From Anthoceros angustus (taxonomy: Eukaryota; Plantae; Anthocerotophyta): 64,000 bases of DNA. Below are positions 60,807 through 64,000 of the stretch, piece after piece. Both the position numbers and the translations under genes were made by a program. The stretch covers positions 1,240,001 to 1,304,000 of the forward strand of contig VJWM01000063.1 of assembly GCA_010909165.1 (NCBI GenBank). Reading direction: 5' to 3'. Positions within the stretch are counted from its first letter, which is position 1. Each line of letters starts with the position of its first letter. Under the pieces are notes generated by a model, which had not been told where the DNA came from, searched no databases, and worked only from the letters and a program-made list of their open reading frames with translations.

Positions 60807-62862
60807 AGGCCGGGAATCCACAGTATGAGCTAGAAGTGAAGTGGAAGTGGAATACATGAGAACCGCAATGTGGAAGAATGAAGACGGATTCGACTTAAGA
60901 TGGGGTAAGCTAGTACGACACGGCACATAGGTTAGCAAGGCTAAAGATTGTGTGGACAAGTGATGGGAGGGCAGCGGTGCACCCAATCTCACCAGAAAAT
61001 GAAAACGGGCATAGAAAGCTTCACCGGCGAGCGGCGAGTGGGAGGTGCGCAGCCAGAGTGATGACTCCAATGCGGGCTGCGAGGCAAAGGACAAAGCCAA
61101 CAGGAGCAACTACATCAAACACGGAGATATGGGTCAACGGTTCAAAGAGAAGTAGGTGCAGAGTGAGATCGCTACCAGCCTACTCCCAACCACCTACAGA
61201 CACTTACCGCTGCCCTTCACTCTCAAACCCCAGCTGCCCAGAAGAAAACAAGGGGAGGCGGAGAGGGCGGTCCGCCCCCGGTCCCGCCTCGAAAACGATG
61301 GTAATCGAACTGGAGCCCAAGGTTAGCTAACCCCACATAAATGCTGCCTCCCGCGCCTCTTCCGTAGCACAGCCACAAGTGCAACGCAGCCCCCTGCACT
61401 GCACTGAACGCCACAGACTTCGCCGAGACTTCACGCTCGGCCAGTCAAGCGCGTTTTATTACGCTACGCTCGGCTGTGGTACATAAACGCGCAGGCCGGG
61501 AATCCACAGTATGAGCTAGAAGTGAAGTGGAAGTGGAATACATGAGAACCGCAATGTGGAAGAATGAAGACGGATTCGACTTAAGATGGGGTAAGCTAGT
61601 ACGACACGGCACATAGGTTAGCAAGGCTAAAGATTGTGTGGACAAGTGATGGGAGGGCAGCGGTGCACCCAATCTCACCAGAAAATGAAAACGGGCATAG
61701 AAAGCTTCACCGGCGAGCGGCGAGTGGGAGGTGCGCAGCCAGAGTGATGACTCAATGCGGGCTGCGAGGCAAAGGACAAAGCCAACAGGAGCAACTACAT
61801 CAAACACGGAGATATGGGTCAACGGTTCAAGAGAAGTAGGTGCAGAGTGAGATCGCTACCAGCCTACTCCCAACCACCTACAGACACTTACCGCTGCCCT
61901 TCACTCTCAAACCCCAGCTGCCCAGAAGAAAACAAGGGAGGCGGAGAGGGCGGTCCGCCCCGGTCCCGCCTCGAAAACGATGGTAATCGAACTGGAGCCC
62001 AAGGTTAGCTAACCCCACATAAATGCTGCCTCCCGCGCCTCTTCCGTAGCACAGCCACAAGTGCAACGCAGCCCCTGCACTGCACTGAACGCCACAGACT
62101 TCGCCGAGACTTCACGCTCGGCCAGTCAAGCGCGTTTTATTACGCTACGCTCGGCTGTGGTACATAAACGCGCAGGCCGGGAATCCACAGTATGAGCTAG
62201 AAGTGAAGTGGAAGTGGAATACATGAGAACCGCAATGTGGAAGAATGAAGACGGATTCGACTTAAGATGGGGTAAGCTAGTACGACACGGCACATAGGTT
62301 AGCAAGGCTAAAGATTGTGTGGACAAGTGATGGGAGGGCAGCGGTGCACCCAATCTCACCAGAAAATGAAAACGGGCATAGAAAGCTTCACCGGCGAGCG
62401 GCGAGTGGGAGGTGCGCAGCCAGAGTGATGACTCAATGCGGGCTGCGAGGCAAAGGACAAAGCCAACAGGAGCAACTACATCAAACACGGAGATATGGGT
62501 CAACGGTTCAAGAGAAGTGCAGAGTGAGATCGCTACCAGCCTACTCCCAACCACCTACAGACACTTACCGCTGCCCTTCACTCTCAAACCCCAGCTGCCC
62601 AGAAGAAAACAAGGGGAGGCGGAGAGGGCGGTCCGCCCCCGGTCCCGCCTCGAAAACGATGGTAATCGAACTGGAGCCCAAGGTTAGCTAACCCCACATA
62701 AATGCTGCCTCCCGCGCCTCTTCCGTAGCACAGCCACAAGTGCAACGCAGCCCCCTGCACTGCACTGAACGCCACAGACTTCGCCGAGACTTCACGCTCG
62801 GCCAGTCAAGCGCGTTTTTATTACGCTACGCTCGGCTGTGGTACATAAACGCGCAGGCCCGG
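60807..62862 (+). repeat. Tandem triplication (~681-686 bp) of the proximal upstream region of the second GPAT
   Basis: Units start AGGCCGGGAATCCACAG at 60807, 61493 and 62174 and end ...GTACATAAACGCGC. The copies differ only by small indels. The last unit ends ~55 bp before the GPAT ATG. Confidence 0.95.
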
Positions 62863-62910
62863 GGAGGCGAAGGCGAAGGCGAAGGCGAGGAGAGCGCGGG
62901 AGCGGGGAGG

Positions 62911-64000
62911 ATGGAGACGCAATGCAATTGCCCGTTTCCCGTGGTGGCCAAATGCAGCTCGGTGGACAGGGAGAAGCAGACGGTGATCTCGGATCTGGAC
63001 GGGACGCTGCTGCGCGGGAGGAGCTCGTTTCCTTATTTCATGCTGGTGGCGTTCGAGGCGGGCGGGGTTTTGCGAGCGGCCGCGCTGCTCATGGCCGCGC
63101 CGCTGGCCTGGCTGCTCTACCATTTCGTGTCGGAGGCGGCGGAATTCAGGTGCTCGTCTACGTCACGTTCGCGGGGCTCAGAGTCGCGGACATCGAGTCT
63201 GTGGCGCGGGCGGTGTTGCCGAAATTCTACACGGAGGATCTGCACGCTGAGACGTGGCGGGTGTTCTCCGCCTTCGGGAAGAGGTGTGTTTGTGTAGCGT
63301 GTTGGGAATGAGAGACGTTCTGAGATGGTGCATGCAGTGGCAGGCCTGATTCGGAACATTCGTTCTGCAGGTATGTCCTGACCGCGAATCCCCGCATCAT
63401 GATCGAGCCCTTCGCCAAGGAGTATCTGCAGGCGGACGCGGTGCTGGGAACGGAGATTGAGGTGACGCGCGGGGGCAGAGCCACCGGGTTTGTGAAGAGG
63501 CCCGGCGTGCTGGTGGACGCGCTCAAGGCGCAGGCCATGGTGAAGGCGTTCGGGGCCAGCACGCCTGATGTCGGGCTCGGGGACCGCAGGACTGATTTTC
63601 CGTTCATGGCGCTCTGTAAGGTACTGTTCCTCAAGCACGACACGGTGGAGTGGTGGAGCCTGTGCTCTGCCATCCGCTCGGTGCGGTATCGAATCCGTTT
63701 CTCGCTTCACGCGATGTAAATGAATTGCAGTTCGTCGGATTGCACTCAACCGTGCGGATGTGTGGTGTCACAGGAAGGGTACGTTGTGCCGAGCGATGTT
63801 AGAGTGCAGGCGGTTGCGAAGGACGGCCTTCCGAAGCCCATGGTGTTCCACGACGGGCGGCTGGTGCGTAGGCCGACCCCGCTGGTGGCTCTCTTGACGC
63901 TGCTCTGGTTTCCCATCGGGTTCGCGCTGGCGGTGGCCCGCATCGCGGCAGGTTCCCTGCTACCGATGCCCCTGGTTTACTACGCCTTCCGGTGCCTGGG
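62911..64000 (+). CDS. GPAT: Second GPAT4/6/8-type acyltransferase (partial, runs off window; apparent 1-bp frameshift)
   Basis: [22 protein letters not shown]..; one G missing near 63141 (GCGGAATTCAGG where the paralog has GGAATTCAG, G-I-Q); introns 63284-63370 and 63621-63773; [22 protein letters not shown]. Confidence 0.88.

Noticed and set aside
60783-62775. Repeated 60-140-aa ORFs in the 681-bp units
   Set aside because: Frames differ between copies because of indels and most start at GTG/TTG; they are by-products of the triplication.

Overview
Eukaryotic land-plant genomic DNA. It is gene-dense with short (~70-150 nt) GT-AG introns; I infer a non-seed plant but cannot determine this from sequence alone. 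Host genes in order: AP2M (+), RNF4/STUbL-type RING E3 (-), UVR-HEAT-TPR protein (-), UBP27 (+), lipoyl synthase LIP1 (+), a weakly supported unknown gene (-), GPAT4/6/8-type acyltransferase (+), FYVE-SYLF protein (+), mitoribosomal mL41 (-) head-to-head with an LSM11-like gene (+), a P-type PPR gene (+), the SPLAYED-type SNF2 remodeler (+) and a second GPAT (+, runs off the window). The 7.2-16.9 kb block is a compound transposon region. It holds a decayed restriction-like-endonuclease (CRE-like) non-LTR fragment, a palindromic 25-bp array and a scrambled Ty1/copia element. The copia pol segment is inverted and circularly permuted between 5-bp direct repeats, and its PPT plus 3' LTR sit inverted upstream of the 5' LTR. 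Other highlights: LSM11 (a U7 snRNP marker) in a plant, and a ~681-bp triplication directly upstream of the second GPAT. All gene models were spliced by eye and family assignments rest on remembered motifs, not database searches.
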